Assembly (NCBI GenBank): GCA_964016885.1
Contig: OZ024743.1
Coordinates: 304,234,001 to 304,298,000 of the forward strand
Length of the DNA: 64,000 bases
Direction: 5' to 3'
Origin: Eledone cirrhosa
Lineage: Eukaryota
Shown here: positions 12,761 to 28,375 of the stretch, piece after piece
Numbering within the stretch: the stretch's first letter is position 1
Layout: each line of letters begins with the position of its first letter
Position numbers and translations under genes: made by a program
Notes under the pieces: model-generated
Databases searched by the model: none
What the model was told of the DNA's origin: nothing
What the model saw: only the letters and a program-made list of their open reading frames with translations

Positions 12761-13254
12761 GTTGTTCCTTGTAAACAAACATTCGTCTCATTCTGACGAC
12801 ACCAGCCCTGTCTTTCCACATGTGCGTTTTATTTTTCATAATCACGCTTTATGGTGAACTAGCCTGTTTTAAATTCCCTTTTTGGCATATTAATCAGTGA
12901 GAAATTTTTTGGTTATCGAGTTGAGCTCTGCTGAGGATCGAATTCCAACCGTGACCATCTCCACTGAAAGTTTTCGTGAAATAGTCTTTAAGACTATAGA
13001 GAGCATTTGAAGTTTTTCCAAATTGAAGGATGAGTATTTTAAACTTTATTTTATCATGAGTTAAGGCTCTATTGATTTTTCCCTGGATTTCACTAAATTC
13101 TGTGGATGAATATATATCCTGATTCCTTTTGAGTTGAGTTTGAATTATTTTTCCCACATCTTACGTTAACTATTTTTCCCATTTTGACGCTATAGTCACT
13201 TATATATTATAGAATACTGTTGGCTTTTTTGCTACAATGTTTTCTATACCTTTC

Positions 13255-13299
<45 letters not shown>

Positions 13300-13925
13300 T
13301 ATAGTAATAATAATCTTTATTAAACACATATTCTAAAACTGTACACAACTCAAACACCTTACGAGTAAAATTAAGAAAAATCCATGGTTAATATGTTTGC
13401 GTTACACCCAACATATACATTTATATACGAACTCCAATATAAAAATTCTTGATTGACAATTACCTATCTAATTTAATTACGCTATTTGCATTATACTTTA
13501 CACAACATTTATTCATTTTATCACCACATATTTCTATACCATATTGCATGCGATTCTTAACATTTTAAACATGTTTAACACTTTTAAGATGCTTCAACAT
13601 TCTGTATGATATATGCTTGATTTGTATAACTCTTACCTCATGCATGCCTTTATTAACTTGATTAACTTTTGCATTATATACCGTTAACATTAACATTATA
13701 TTTTGCTTGCATCTTTTGCACATGTATTACCTTAAAGAATATATTTATGTATAATTTGCTCAATATTTCACTTTTTACCATTGTTCCTTATACTGTGATT
13801 TCTGTAGCATAAAATGTTTGTAACTCTTGCTTTCCTATATGTTGTCACTGACACTGTCAATAGTTATGTATCTATATAAATGTTCTGACAACTAGGATTT
13901 TAATTACGTGTTTAAACATTGTGTA

Positions 13926-13972
13926 TGCCCCGATCATTCCAGACGTTCGTCTGGAAGAAACAATTGTCAGCA
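13926..13972 (+). ncRNA. Decayed hammerhead ribozyme
   Basis: CCGATCA (for CTGATGA), perfect 8-bp stem II ttccagac-gttc-gtctggaa, GAAAC-AATT-GTC, stem I tgc/gca. Confidence 0.65.
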
Positions 13973-14447
13973 ATTAAGTGTATTAAACTAAGATTTGATT
14001 GTTTCATATTTTGTATATATATATATGAATATATTTCGTTTCTGAATTTGTTTAGCAAGATTCTTTATCTGAAAACGTGTGTTGAAACCGATATTGTTAT
14101 ACTTTGGGTTGGTCATGTTGCCAATAACAAATACACGCACCAGTTCCTTTCACTTCAATTTATTATAATAAATTTATAAATTTAGGGATATATAAATTTC
14201 CGGTTGGTTGGTTCGTCCCACAAGCAGATGGTTGTTTATATATTGTCAACATTCTGTGACATCTTAAGTAACTGGGGATTATTTTCTTGGTTTTTGTGCC
14301 TCTCCTTTGTTCTGTCCTAGGCCATTTTGTTTCTGTGTGTGTGTTGTGTGCTCAGTCTGCGCATGCGCCACATCCGGATGTCTGTGTGTGTTTATATTCG
14401 TTTATTTATTTGTTTATTTACATGTTACAGGTTGGTTGTTTGTTCTA

Positions 14448-14602
<155 letters not shown>

Positions 14603-14781
14603 GAGGACGTCCAACCGATACCAACGTTTGTTCTATGAAAAAATTAACTAAGAAGGTTTCCGGGTTAGTTGAGCTTCTTGCAGTACTCGAATTGTTGTTA
14701 TTTTTTAATGAAACTGCAGTAGGGACATTAAAGTAAGTAAATATTATTTTCTTATCTTGTTTGCTTTTCCCAGCTATGATC

Positions 14782-14858
<77 letters not shown>

Positions 14859-14867
14859 TATATATAT

Positions 14868-14990
14868 AGTAATAATAATAAATTTGAAGACTTAAATCCA
14901 AAGAGGGCTCGATAAATATTTATATATATATATATATATATGTAATAATAATAAATTTGAAGACTAAAATCCAAAGAGGGCTGGATAAAT
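14868..14990 (-). mobile_element. Two short tail fragments of the 23.2/34.1 kb pLTR family
   Basis: Reverse complements of atcgagccctctttggattttagtcttcacatttattattattact, each next to (TA)n. Confidence 0.75.
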
Positions 14991-14996
14991 ATATAT

Positions 14997-15027
<31 letters not shown>

Positions 15028-15559
15028 CGCACGTGTGTGTGTACGTGTGTGTGTGTATGTGTCTGTGTATATGTGTGTGTGTGTGTGTGTGCGTGTGTGT
15101 GTTGTGTGTGTATTGGTTGAAATATAGTTATCCATATGACAGGTGACATTAGTAGATAGATATGTATATATAGGGGGATAATTTTAATCACACTGCCAAC
15201 ATAATAAAATATATCGTTAGTAAGATTGTAAAATATATCTAATAAATACTGAAGAACTTTCCACAGCAGGTTACGTGGAACTCAAACATATACCTTTTCG
15301 AGATGTCTGAAAGAAGAATACAGATCTAAGTAATAAATCTACTTTTTCTCAAACACATTCAGAAGTGTGATTATTTTGTCGAGTGTATTGCGTCTGCGGC
15401 AAAAACCACACTGTTCGTCCGCTAGCGTGAACTCGACAATACCCCTAGATCTCTTTACCAAACACTTAGTATAGACTTTACCCGGGAGGTTAATAAAGAG
15501 ATCCTTCTATAAATGCATCATTCGCGCTTGTCTTCTTTTTGAAATTTGGGATTGTCATT

Positions 15560-16620
15560 CCTGATTGCCATTATTTTGGTTCGTTATTCCTAGTCAAATT
15601 TTGTACGCCTCCTTCTTTGCTTGGATGACCTTTATGAGCACCTGATTAAACCAATGTGTTCTCCTACCACCCGGCTCCACACCAAGCCGGTTTCGGCCTC
15701 AGAATTCAATAGATGAAACAGATTTATCTGAAGTTGGATGCTATAGTATCAACATACTTCTTCCTGACTTCCTTGTCTGCCAGAGTTTCCCACTATATTG
15801 TGTATTTTGAGCTAGACATACAGCTTTTTAGGCCTTCTTAGATTTAGGTAGTCTCATGTTACAGATAACTAGATGGTTATCAGTTGATATCTCAGCCCCT
15901 CCCTTAACACGAACATCAACTATATAATCGAAGAGATCAGAAACAATAACAAAATCAATTATTGATCTTTGTTCCCTATTCCCGCTGTACAATGTGTATG
16001 TATGGATGTATTTTTTCTAAAATAATGCTTCTGGTAGAGAGTTTCTTACTAGAACATGAGTCTAATAAGCCTCCCCATTTGTATTCATATTATGATAACC
16101 GTTCCCTCCAATCCCTCCTTTCCACGTCAGGTAGTCAGTGCCATCATATGTTCTGAAGTCTCCCGTTAGGGCATATGACTAATTATTACCTATATCTAAC
16201 ACTGCTTTCAAGGAAGGATCTGAATTTGAACACTATGTTTGGCATATAAATGTGTACCACTAATAGAGAACTTTCTCTCAACCAAAGTTTCAAGAAGTAT
16301 ATCCTCCCTCCCAATGGGACCCAATGCCTAACACTTTTTTATCAGCCGGAAACTTGTGAGCATGCCCATCCCCACCTGTGCAGTCATTTCTCGCGCTACA
16401 TATAAATAATGCAATTCCCATCTTCCGCCCAAATGTTCAGTAGCACAGCCACAGTAATTTGTAGAAAATGCCGTCTATATCGAGCCTGTAGTTCCAGACC
16501 TCATCTACTAATCCCTGCTGCATGCCTGTAAAAGCTGTAATGTTGCAGTTAACATTTTTCAAAATGTTCTCATATCCGGACCATCCCTGTTGTCTCGGGA
16601 TACATAACCTTTAAGCTCAC
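15560..16620 (-). mobile_element. RTE-clade LINE remnant (AP endonuclease region)
   Basis: The minus strand reads ...QRSIIDFVIVSDLFDYIVDVRVKGGAEISTDNHLVIC, typical of the RTE/Expander APE C-terminus. Boundaries are approximate. Confidence 0.7.
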
Positions 16621-18354
16621 GCCTCATACCTCCCAGGACAAGTCACAGACTCATTGACTGGTATGTCAGCGTTAAATAGAGACTGCAATATATTTTTTTA
16701 ACCGGTCACTCTATCTATGGCTAGAACGTGTCCCTTTCTATCCCGAAAGAATGACGGTGTAATATGGATGCCTTTACTAATCCCGATCATATTGCAGTGG
16801 TTTGCTAGTCTCATTCGCTCCAATGATCAATTTAGTACTTTTCTCAGGCCCTTTATTACAACAGTGTGTTTTACGAATTGAGGCTAGTATCTAATTAGGC
16901 AGCATGATAATGAAAGTAACTATAATTCTACCGAAAGTAGTCAGATTTAAAAGACATATTATTGTTCCACCATTTATAGAAGTGTCGAACACACACCTTT
17001 CAGGCACATGGTAATAATTAAACCTAAATCACCTTACACGGATTGACCACGGTGACTCTAATATCTCATTGTGATGAAATTGCACACTTTAACATAAGAT
17101 TCCGACATTCTTTTTATTAAATGAAAACAGTAAAATAATTACAGCTCGAAACATATTATATAGCTAGAAAAATTAAAAATTGAAAATGTGATCAACCATG
17201 TAAATTTCCAACAAGCAATCTCCTAGCACTGATTATTATAACCTTCCAAATACATTTTACACGCACAAAATGTGGAGATCAAGCTCTTCTGGTGGACGTT
17301 ATCTATACGATTCACTAATTATGTATATGATGAAATGTTTCCTGCGATAAGAATTTGTCTTAATTATAAACCTAAGCTTGAACTTGGATTTATAATTAAC
17401 TCCAAAGAATCTGTGTTGATGAGATGAATAAATTAGTAATAATGAACATGAATAATTTAATACTAATTAACATTATACATAAACAATTCCGGGAGTAGAT
17501 ATCTCATTCATTAAGACAACAGATTGCTTATGTTAAAGCAATTCAATGCGTAATTCAACGGCATCTGAATTGATGACTGATCCGTCAGCATGAAATTCCT
17601 GTACTTTTAAAACCTATCTGTAATAAGCTGCTGGCCATTTCTCTAAGGAAATTACATTTCTCTTATTTCTATTGAAGAGCACAGGAACTGAAGATAAACA
17701 AGTAATCTTGCTGACTATTATTCGCAGAAAGTGCTAGGATAGAAAATTAAAATGTTCAGATTCCGGTTCTAATTGCAGTTAATTACTCTTTATAACAAAG
17801 TCATAATACCAATACTATATAAGCCAATCTCAATATTTCCGTTAAAATTTCCAAATATGATGTTTAAAATGCCTAACTGATGCTATTACAGTATGACGTC
17901 AAGTGTATTCTGATTCCTTCAGATCATTACCATATTAGCATAATCTAAACTAATCAAATACATTTCAAATATGGAATTTAAAAATGTTTATTGACTCTGA
18001 ATTTGGTTAGGCCTATGTATGTCACGTTATGCGAATAGATTTATATACATATTGATTTGTACTCATAGATTTATACATGAATGTATTCACACAGACAATG
18101 GCTTTTCAACCACAACATGGGTACATCACAATCTTCACAACCTCGGAGCTTTGTAAAAATACATATACACTCACCTACACATATATTCTAATTTCTTGAT
18201 GCTTATCTCTCTTCCTGTCAATCATTAATATGCTAATACATTAATCACATTCTGAAAGTTAATGTTCGAAAATGGTTGAGAAACTACAGGAGTATTTGTA
18301 TGGCAAAATACACCCAACAGCTTATAAGATAAAGGGGAGGTGACTGATTTTGTG

Positions 18355-18507
18355 CATGCCTGAATAGCAATCTGGATCTAGCTGTCGAAACGGCCGGAGG
18401 TCAGCCGTCTGGGTACTGACACTTTTACTATTACCCACTCTACTACACTAAGTATCGAGTACTCTGGTGCGTTAAGGTCCTCCTGGTTTCTTACCACTCT
18501 TTGTTAG

Positions 18508-18510
<3 letters not shown>
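18355..18510 (+). mobile_element. Decayed pLTR with degenerate HHR
   Basis: gctgtcGAAACggc...gccGTC followed by actc...gagt. Homologous to 18601-18733 and ends in (TA)n. Confidence 0.7.
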
Positions 18511-18545
<35 letters not shown>

Positions 18546-18550
<5 letters not shown>

Positions 18551-18733
18551 AACAAGTAAGACCCCGACGGCTGAGCTCAAAACGTTTCGACGGCTAATTC
18601 AGAATTAGCCGTCGAAACGGCTTGAGCACAGCCGTCGGGGTCTTACTTGTTCCTATTACCCACTCTACTACCCTAAGTATTGAGTACTTTGGTGCGTTAT
18701 GGTCCACCTGGTTCCTTACCACATTTCCTTCGT
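18546..18733. mobile_element. Fold-back pLTR fragment (palindrome 18546-18656) containing the HHR 3' half
   Basis: Axis at 18601 (ggctaattc-a-gaattagcc). GAAACGGCT-tgagcac-AGCCGTC forms stem III with GUC. Lies between (TA)n runs. Confidence 0.8.
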
Positions 18734-18750
18734 TATATATATATATATAT

Positions 18751-19630
18751 ATGTCTTGGAATTTAGTCCACGCTTGCTTTTTTCCATCCACTGAATTATG
18801 TTTGTATACGTTCCCTGTGTCCACGCATCACCTGGTAACTTAGCTGAGAACAGACTTCCTGATGACGAAACGGCTTCTCCATGCTTTCCATTTGGAAACC
18901 ATGTTTATTCCCTTTCAGAAACTAATTAGTTTGAGTGAATTTTAGAAAGTAAGTTAATTTTTATAATTTTCTTATTTTACGTCTTTCATATAATTGTTCT
19001 GCATCCCCTTGCATTGAACCACAAAGTTACTAAGACAAAACCTATATATTTGCTAGCATAGGTATGCACCTGTATATATATATGTTGGTAGATATACTAA
19101 TTCTTTATAATTATCTCCAAATTATTTTGTTGAGCAAAAATTTGCCAAAACTGCTACTATAGTTCATAGTAATGGCTCGGCTAGTGTCTTTTTACACCCC
19201 ACTGCTCACTGATTAACCTCGATGTCACGTGATTGATCCTTTTGAATTTTCCACCGACCACGTAGGCAGTGATTTCTTCAATGTCTTGGAATTTAGTCCA
19301 CGCTTGCTTTTTTCCATCCACTGAATTATGTTTGTATAAGTTCCCTGTGTACACGCATCGCCTGGTAACTTAGCTGAGAACAGACTTCCTGGTGACGAAA
19401 CGGCTTCTCCATGCTTTCCATTTGGAAACTATGTTTATTCCCTTTCAGAAACTAATTAGTTTGAGTAAATTTTAGTAAGTAAGTTAATTTTTATAATTTT
19501 CTTATTTTACGTCTTTCATATAATTGTTCTGCATCCCCTTGCATTGAACTACAAAGTTACTAAGACAAAACCTATATACTTGCTAGCATAGGTATGCATC
19601 TGTATATATATGTTGGTAGATATACTAAGT

Positions 19631-19635
<5 letters not shown>
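18751..19635 (+). mobile_element. About 1.7 tandem copies of a 530-bp non-coding unit with an HHR-like core
   Basis: atgtcttggaatttagtcc at 18751 and 19281. CTGATGACGAAAC at 18859. TA runs on both sides. Homologous to 33143-33808 on the minus strand. Confidence 0.8.
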
Positions 19636-19692
<57 letters not shown>

Positions 19693-19695
<3 letters not shown>

Positions 19696-19846
19696 ATTTT
19701 CTACAGGACTAGAACTGCTTCCTTCGTGAGAAATCATCAGGAAACAGTTCTAGTGCCGTAGAATCTATGCTATATTAAAACATGTAAATTCTGCTATGTA
19801 TTGAGTACCTTATTACTGTGGTTACCTCTGATTCAACCCGGAATAA

Positions 19847-19850
<4 letters not shown>
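19693..19850. mobile_element. Fold-back pLTR fragment with HHR
   Basis: Minus strand CTGATGA-tttc-tcac-gaag-GAAGC-agttcta-GTC (19740 downwards) is joined to a + strand copy starting at GAAAC 19741. Lies between (TA)n runs. Confidence 0.7.
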
Positions 19851-19898
<48 letters not shown>

Positions 19899-20171
19899 TA
19901 TAGATATATATATAAAGCGACACATCCACATCTACGTAGATTTATATCTAGTAGGTTTGGAAAAGCTATCTGAACAGCTATATCTTTCCATTAGACATTC
20001 TCTGAATTTCCAATCATTTGATTAGCGAAACCGTCGGTCATGGCTCTAGAAGAGGTAAATATTTAAATCGTATTTTAATTTATTTAAAAGATTGTTTAAT
20101 GTTTACTTGTTCCACTCATATATATATATCCTGAGGTCTTATTATATCATCATGTTCTGCATATTTCAAAA

Positions 20172-20222
20172 ACATAAAAGCGGTTTCATAATAATCGTTT
20201 GACGAGTTGTCATCAGACATGC
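20172..20222 (-). ncRNA. Hammerhead ribozyme-like motif in pLTR fragment (about 20100-20282)
   Basis: Minus strand: catgt-CTGATGA-caac-tcgt-caa-acga-ttattat-GAAAC-cgc-ttt-tatg. A second copy lies on + at 23359-23456 (CTGATGA 23423-23429), truncated by (CA)n. Confidence 0.6.
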
Positions 20223-20342
20223 ATTTAGGCGTAACATTATTTTGCTTTGTGGTTTTGTATGCCCGCCATTCTATGACAATGCACACACACACACGCACAC
20301 GCGCACACATGAACACTCACACATACATACACGCACACACAC

Positions 20343-20426
<84 letters not shown>

Positions 20427-20520
20427 GTGGGTGTGTGTGTGTGTGTGTGTGCGCGTGTATGTATGTGTGAGTGTGTATGTGTGGGTGGGTGTGTGCGTGT
20501 GTGTGTGTGTGTGTGTGCAA

Positions 20521-23226
20521 TTTCATACAATGGATTTCACTCTTAAGAGGATCTTCTGAATCTAAAACAATCAATCTGTGAACGCAGAAGTAAATATTTC
20601 CAAAAACTTTGCAGTCGAAGAAAGACAGGAAGACGATACTTTGGTTCCTGGAGGCGTTCCCTGGCAATCGACGGAAAAAAGCGAAGATAATACGTCATTA
20701 TTTGGAACGTTTGAACAATTACACGCAGACAAAACAACGTTTATGGTATAAATGAAGTCGTAAACTAATATTCTATTTAGGTGGTTCGTGGAGACGATCC
20801 TTGGCAATGAAAGGAAAAAAACGAAGATAATACGTCATTATGTGTTGAAATGAGAACATTTACACGCAAAGACAAACCCATGTATACGGTATAAATGAAG
20901 TTGTAGACTAACATTCTATTAAGGGAATCGAATGATTCTCGGCTTCAGAGTTAAGTATAATGTAAATAAATTACAGAGGTTATTGAAATCAACGACAATT
21001 ACATATATGGTGGTTTGTACTGTGATGACGGTCTTTTGACCATGAAACAGTGCGGCCCACGAGCTTGCGAGAGGTTAAAAAAAACACTCACAGCCTTATT
21101 TAAAGGCTTCAACCTCTCCATACAGGTTGAGGCCAACCTCTCAGTCGTTAATTACCTCGAGGTTACCCTCAATTTGTCGAATGGCTTCCACTACACGCAT
21201 AGAAAGCCGAATGATACGCTTAATTACATAAGTAAGCATTCTAACCATCCTGTCAGCATAACCAAGAACCTGGTAAGAAACTTTTCTTTGAGGCTTTCCC
21301 GTCTATCTACAAACGAGCATATTTTCACCGACCATTCCACATATTACGATGAAGCTCTTGCCCTGAGTGGATTTGTCGATAAGGCAGCATATACCGAGTA
21401 TGAGCATAGACCTAGGAAAATAGATCCCGACGCATTATATGGTATAACCCACCATATAATATGGAGGTTGCCTCAATAATATCTAAGATCTTTATCTCCC
21501 TTAAGAAGCATTTCCCCCCAGCACATAAATATAAAAACATTTTAATAGTAATACCATTAAAATGTCTTACTCTACGACTCCTAATATTGCACGTAACATC
21601 ACTGCTTCAAATTTAGCTAAATTACCTAGCCGTAGGAACACTTGCAACCCTGTAGCTAGTACTAACTGTAATTGTAGGAATCGGGTTGACTGCCCCCTAT
21701 CCGGGAAATGCCTCTGCTGTAACATTGTCTACAAATGTAAGGTTGAAACACCCACGTCCCGTAGGGCCTACATAGGGTTAACGGCCAATAGATTCAAGCA
21801 GCATCCTTAGATGCATATCCATTCTTTTCTTAACCCTTTAAGAAGGAATATGACGTCACTTTCAGCTTATATCTGGAGTTTAAAAGACAACCACGCTCAA
21901 TATAGTTTATCCTGGGAGATCCTAGTTGAGGCTAGATCGTATAACTGAAATAAAAGACCATGTGACATTTGCGCCGCTGAAGCCCTGGAAATACTCTACG
22001 CCAATAACCCCATCTTAACCAAAACCTCTGAGGACATTTCGGTTTGTAGACATAAATTGCATAAAACTTTGCTGTATTACAGCCCCACATTATACCATAA
22101 CAGAGAGTACGAACAATACGCGGATAATTTACGTCTTGATGTGGGAGCTAATTATATGTTATGTTTATACCATTACTTATTTGTATAGGTATGTATATAT
22201 TACCTGTATGTTTTGTGAATGCACGTATACTTTCTCGTATGTATATTTGCTTGTATTTGTTATAGGTGTATATATTATATTATATATACTGGTACATGTG
22301 TATATGGTTATCTGTATACGTGTAATTTGCGTTTGTGTGTGTATGCGGGTTTGCACCTATGTAGGGTGTGTGTATATGTGTACTTTGTGTTTTGGTTGAC
22401 GTTCGTTTAGCGAACAAATGTGTATTTACCTGTAGGTATGTGTTTGCGCGCGTTATATGCGTATTTATGTATGTATATTTATATACGTTTATATAATTAT
22501 ATGTATACACGCACACACACATATATATCAATATATGTATTTATGTATTTTTATGTGTATTTGGTGTATATGTTCGTATGTGCGAGTGTACAGGTGTTGT
22601 GCGGGCTTTTGTATTTGTGCGCGTGTTTTTGTGTACGTGCTTGTATATGCATACCATTGGCGGGTGTTTTCGCGTATGCATGTATATGTACGTATTGGAT
22701 GTGTGCATGCATATATTTAATTTGATTCCAATAACCTCTGTAATTTATTTACATTATTCTTAACTCTGAAGTCGAGAATCATACGGTTTCCTAAATAGAA
22801 TATTAGTCTACGACTTCATTTATACCATAAAGGTGGTTTTCTCTTTGCGTGTAATTACTCTCAACGCTCCAAATAATCGTTTCTACATTAGGCACAAGGC
22901 CAGCAATTACCCAGTGCATTACTGCTCCAAATAATAACGTATTATCTTCACTTTTTTTTCCTTCTTTGCTAAGGAACGTCTCCACGAACCTAAGTGTCGT
23001 CATCCTGCCTTCTTTCGGTTGCAACGTTTTTCGAAATAGTTACTTCTGCGTTCTCAGATTGATTTTTTTCAGTTTCAGAAGATTCTGTTGAGAGTGAAAA
23101 CAGCGATTCTTTGCTTAAACTTTAGTCTGTTATTTTAATAAATATTTGTTCTAGGGTTCTTATATATTTGAAATATTTATCCTTATCGAGCCCTCTTTGG
23201 ATTTTAGTCTAAAAATTTATTATTAT

Positions 23227-23230
<4 letters not shown>
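20521..23230 (+). mobile_element. 5'-truncated PLE with inverted pLTR (20521-20992), RT/EN remnant (20993-22100) and long 3' region
   Basis: GGLYCDDGL, NYLEVTLNL, SNHP, CNCRNRVDCPLSGKC, NIVY...YIG. 20521-20992 is the reverse complement of about 22722-23100. Confidence 0.9.
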
Positions 23231-23316
<86 letters not shown>

Positions 23317-23479
23317 TTGTATGTGTGTGTGTGTGTGTTGTGTGTCTGTCTGTCTGTGTAATCTCATACAATGGCGGGCTAACAAACCACAAAACAAAAT
23401 AATGTTACACCTAAATTCCTGTCTGATGACAACACATCAAATGATTATTAAGAAACACACACACACACATATATATATG

Positions 23480-25690
<2,211 letters not shown>

Positions 25691-25699
25691 CCCTATCGA

Positions 25700-26230
25700 T
25701 CTACAGGCACCGCTTGTTATGGGTGACACCACTCACGGGATCGCTACATCTATTTTTACTTCGCGTGATCTCGTTCGTGATGTACCTTCTTTTAGCACTG
25801 TTAGGGCGGGCAGACTTGTAGAGGACGAACAAGCCCCTGCAGGCTGCCTTAAGGTAGAAGTTGATGTGGATCCCTCCCTGCTCCGTGGTGTTGATTCGGA
25901 AGTCGAGGAGGGAAAGGGTGTTCAACACTGAAATCAATATTCTCGTCCGTGTTGTTGAACGTCTCATAAATTCTGCTCGCCATCTCCTGGGAAGATGTGA
26001 GGATGAGGATGTCGTCCACGTACCTTGAGAAAAAGGCGACGGCGTTGGGGTGGCAGGTGTTGAGTGCCTTGCGCTCGAGGCTGTCCATGTATGGGCAGCC
26101 CCGAGGTTTGCCGGTATGTTTGGTCGAGAAAACCGAAATAATTGTTGTCAACGACGACGGATAGGAGCTGGTGGATGTCAGTGGGGGTGAGCCCCAAGCA
26201 GTGTAGGTCGGTAGATTGAACGCGTTCCAT
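25700..26230 (-). pseudogene. RT fragment of a different PLE clade (YVDD type; Poseidon/Nematis-like)
   Basis: NNYFGFLDQTYRQTSGLP, FFSRYVDDILIL and LLDFRI...YKSARPNSAKRRYITNE across three frames. Confidence 0.8.
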
Positions 26231-26749
26231 CAGTATATATCATTATATGTATGTATATATAAAAACATAGTAGGTAAATTTGACACACTTTGACGAAGGG
26301 CAAAAGGACAAGAACTTGGGAGTCTTATATAACATAAACAAGATACGACAAGACTAGTGCTTGACGTAAAAACATGTATAACATATGAAACATGTGTATA
26401 TAGTGGAAATATTGACGTCGAATATAAAAAAGGAGAAAGGATCTGACGGCTTTGGTTAGTCCCTTTATACATTAAGGGTAATAAAAGAAAATAAGAAGAA
26501 AGAAGTAAAGTCTTTGAAATGGTTAAACCATGTTGAATAAATAGAATTATATGTGTGTATGTATAATTTCATCCAATCTTATAATTTTTTTTTCATGTTA
26601 ATCTGCAGATTTCTTCTCTCTTCAAAATATATTCCCTAATAGTGGTGTCTATTTTCCGATGTCGGTTAGCATCTAAGACGTTAAGACTTATTTCAAACTT
26701 CATTGAAGCATTATAATGATACACTATTGTTCTATATGCTGTTCATTTG

Positions 26750-26935
26750 GATTGGCAGTATTGGTAGAGGGTCGGACGCCATGCTTTGACGTATAGAGTT
26801 ACGACCCTTTCTATTCTGAGTTCAAATCCCACCGAGGTTAACTTTGCCTTTCATCCTTCCGGGGTCGATAAAATAAAGTACCAGTAATGCACTGGGTAAT
26901 CACTGGCCTTGTGCCTAACGTAGAAACTATTATTA
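26750..26935 (+). mobile_element. tRNA-derived SINE with Nin/Deu central domain (Octopus OR-like)
   Basis: TGGCAGTATTGG box A-like, GAGTTCAAATCC box B, ACTTTGCCTTTCATCCTTCCGGGGTCGATAAAATAAAGTACCAG, (TAT)n tail. Confidence 0.85.
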
Positions 26936-28375
26936 CTGTTTTTGTTCCATGTTTCAGAATTAATTAAAATGATTACTAGTTTACCTCGAGTGAACAGTAA
27001 TACTTAATAGGGTAGAAATGTATCCTATCAAATTTTGTAAATATGTATAAATCCTTTTAGTTTAATAAATAGAGCTATATATTTGCATTTATAGTGTTTT
27101 TGTTTCATATTTTCATGAAGGCTGCTACATTACTGTATTCGCTTTCTGTATTTTACCGCTTTAGGGCTTGCTTGTGGCATTGCGTGAAACATTTTGAAGT
27201 GGTATTTAACAGTCATGTTTGGTGTATGTTTCAAGCTAGATGTGTCACTTTGAAGTCTCTTCTTAATTTAGAACCTAATGTTTGGTCTTCTACGTTTATC
27301 AAACTGAAAGTGCTATAGTAAATATTTGAATAAATGGAAACTTTGAATGTATGCTTCTTGGAATCATAATACGTATCAGTTATGTTCAATGATATCATTA
27401 TATTCGATATAGTACTTGGGAGTCTGTATGGGCTTTTAAAACTAACAATTATGACTATGTTAAATAGCCCGGATACAAATTTGTTCAGTAGTTAATTATT
27501 TCATGGCATAAAACCTATATTTACTTATATGCTGTGTGGGCGCTTACGCCTGATGTATTTCAGCTTTTGCCGACTTGTATAACGAACATTTATATACAAT
27601 GTACCACGCATCTGTTATTGTGTGGACTGCGATTAACGTTAAAATGTTTCTGGTACGATGACTTCATCTATTGTTGTTTGACTTTATATTCTACGTTTAT
27701 TTCACAGGGAAATTATAATTTGTGTGATGTATTTAGTCTAGCTCAGTCGTGTATATTGGTATTGGAGTTATATAAAGAAAAATGACATATATTGTATCAG
27801 GTCTCTGATATTGTCTGGACTAAGAACTCTGAGATGCAGTATCTTTGCGATCGAGTGATTATTATCATATACAAGAACAAAGAAGAAATATTCGACCGTA
27901 GATTGTTGTGCTCTTCACTGCAAGGAGCAGAAACGTAAGTATGAATGACCTAATGCATACTTTCGCAGAAACCCCCACAAATAAAAAATCTGACAGGGAG
28001 CCAACGTGGATTTAAGTCACCGTTTTCAGAAAGTTCTAAGAGAAATGGTTGTAAATATAACACTGTAAACAAGAGGTCAATAATATCACAATCTTCCTCT
28101 CATCACCATCGATAAAATGGAAGCGAAGAATGTTCACCATTACAACTATATCAAAGGCAAACACTAAAAACAAGCTGATAACAGACTGACCAGTGCAAGG
28201 AGTACTTTCCCGATAAGCCGGTAAATATATATATATATAGATGTAGATAAATCTACCAAAATGTACGGTAGTGTCCAATCCGTATGAAGAACTCGATGTA
28301 ATCCGAATATCATGAAAAGAGAAGATGTATTCAAAAATTGTTTTCGATGAAAAATACAGGAAAACAGAGTCAAGA

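Noticed and set aside
12894-13157. 87-aa ORF with protein-like composition
   Set aside because: It has no recognisable motif or splice context and lies in a TA-flanked repeat block.
17569-17600. TTGATGA-ctga-tccg-tcag-cat-GAAA, hammerhead-like
   Set aside because: C3 is missing, there are extra bases before GAAA, there is no stem I/III, and no pLTR context.
26750-26835. tRNA gene
   Set aside because: The A/B boxes belong to a SINE head and there is no cloverleaf.
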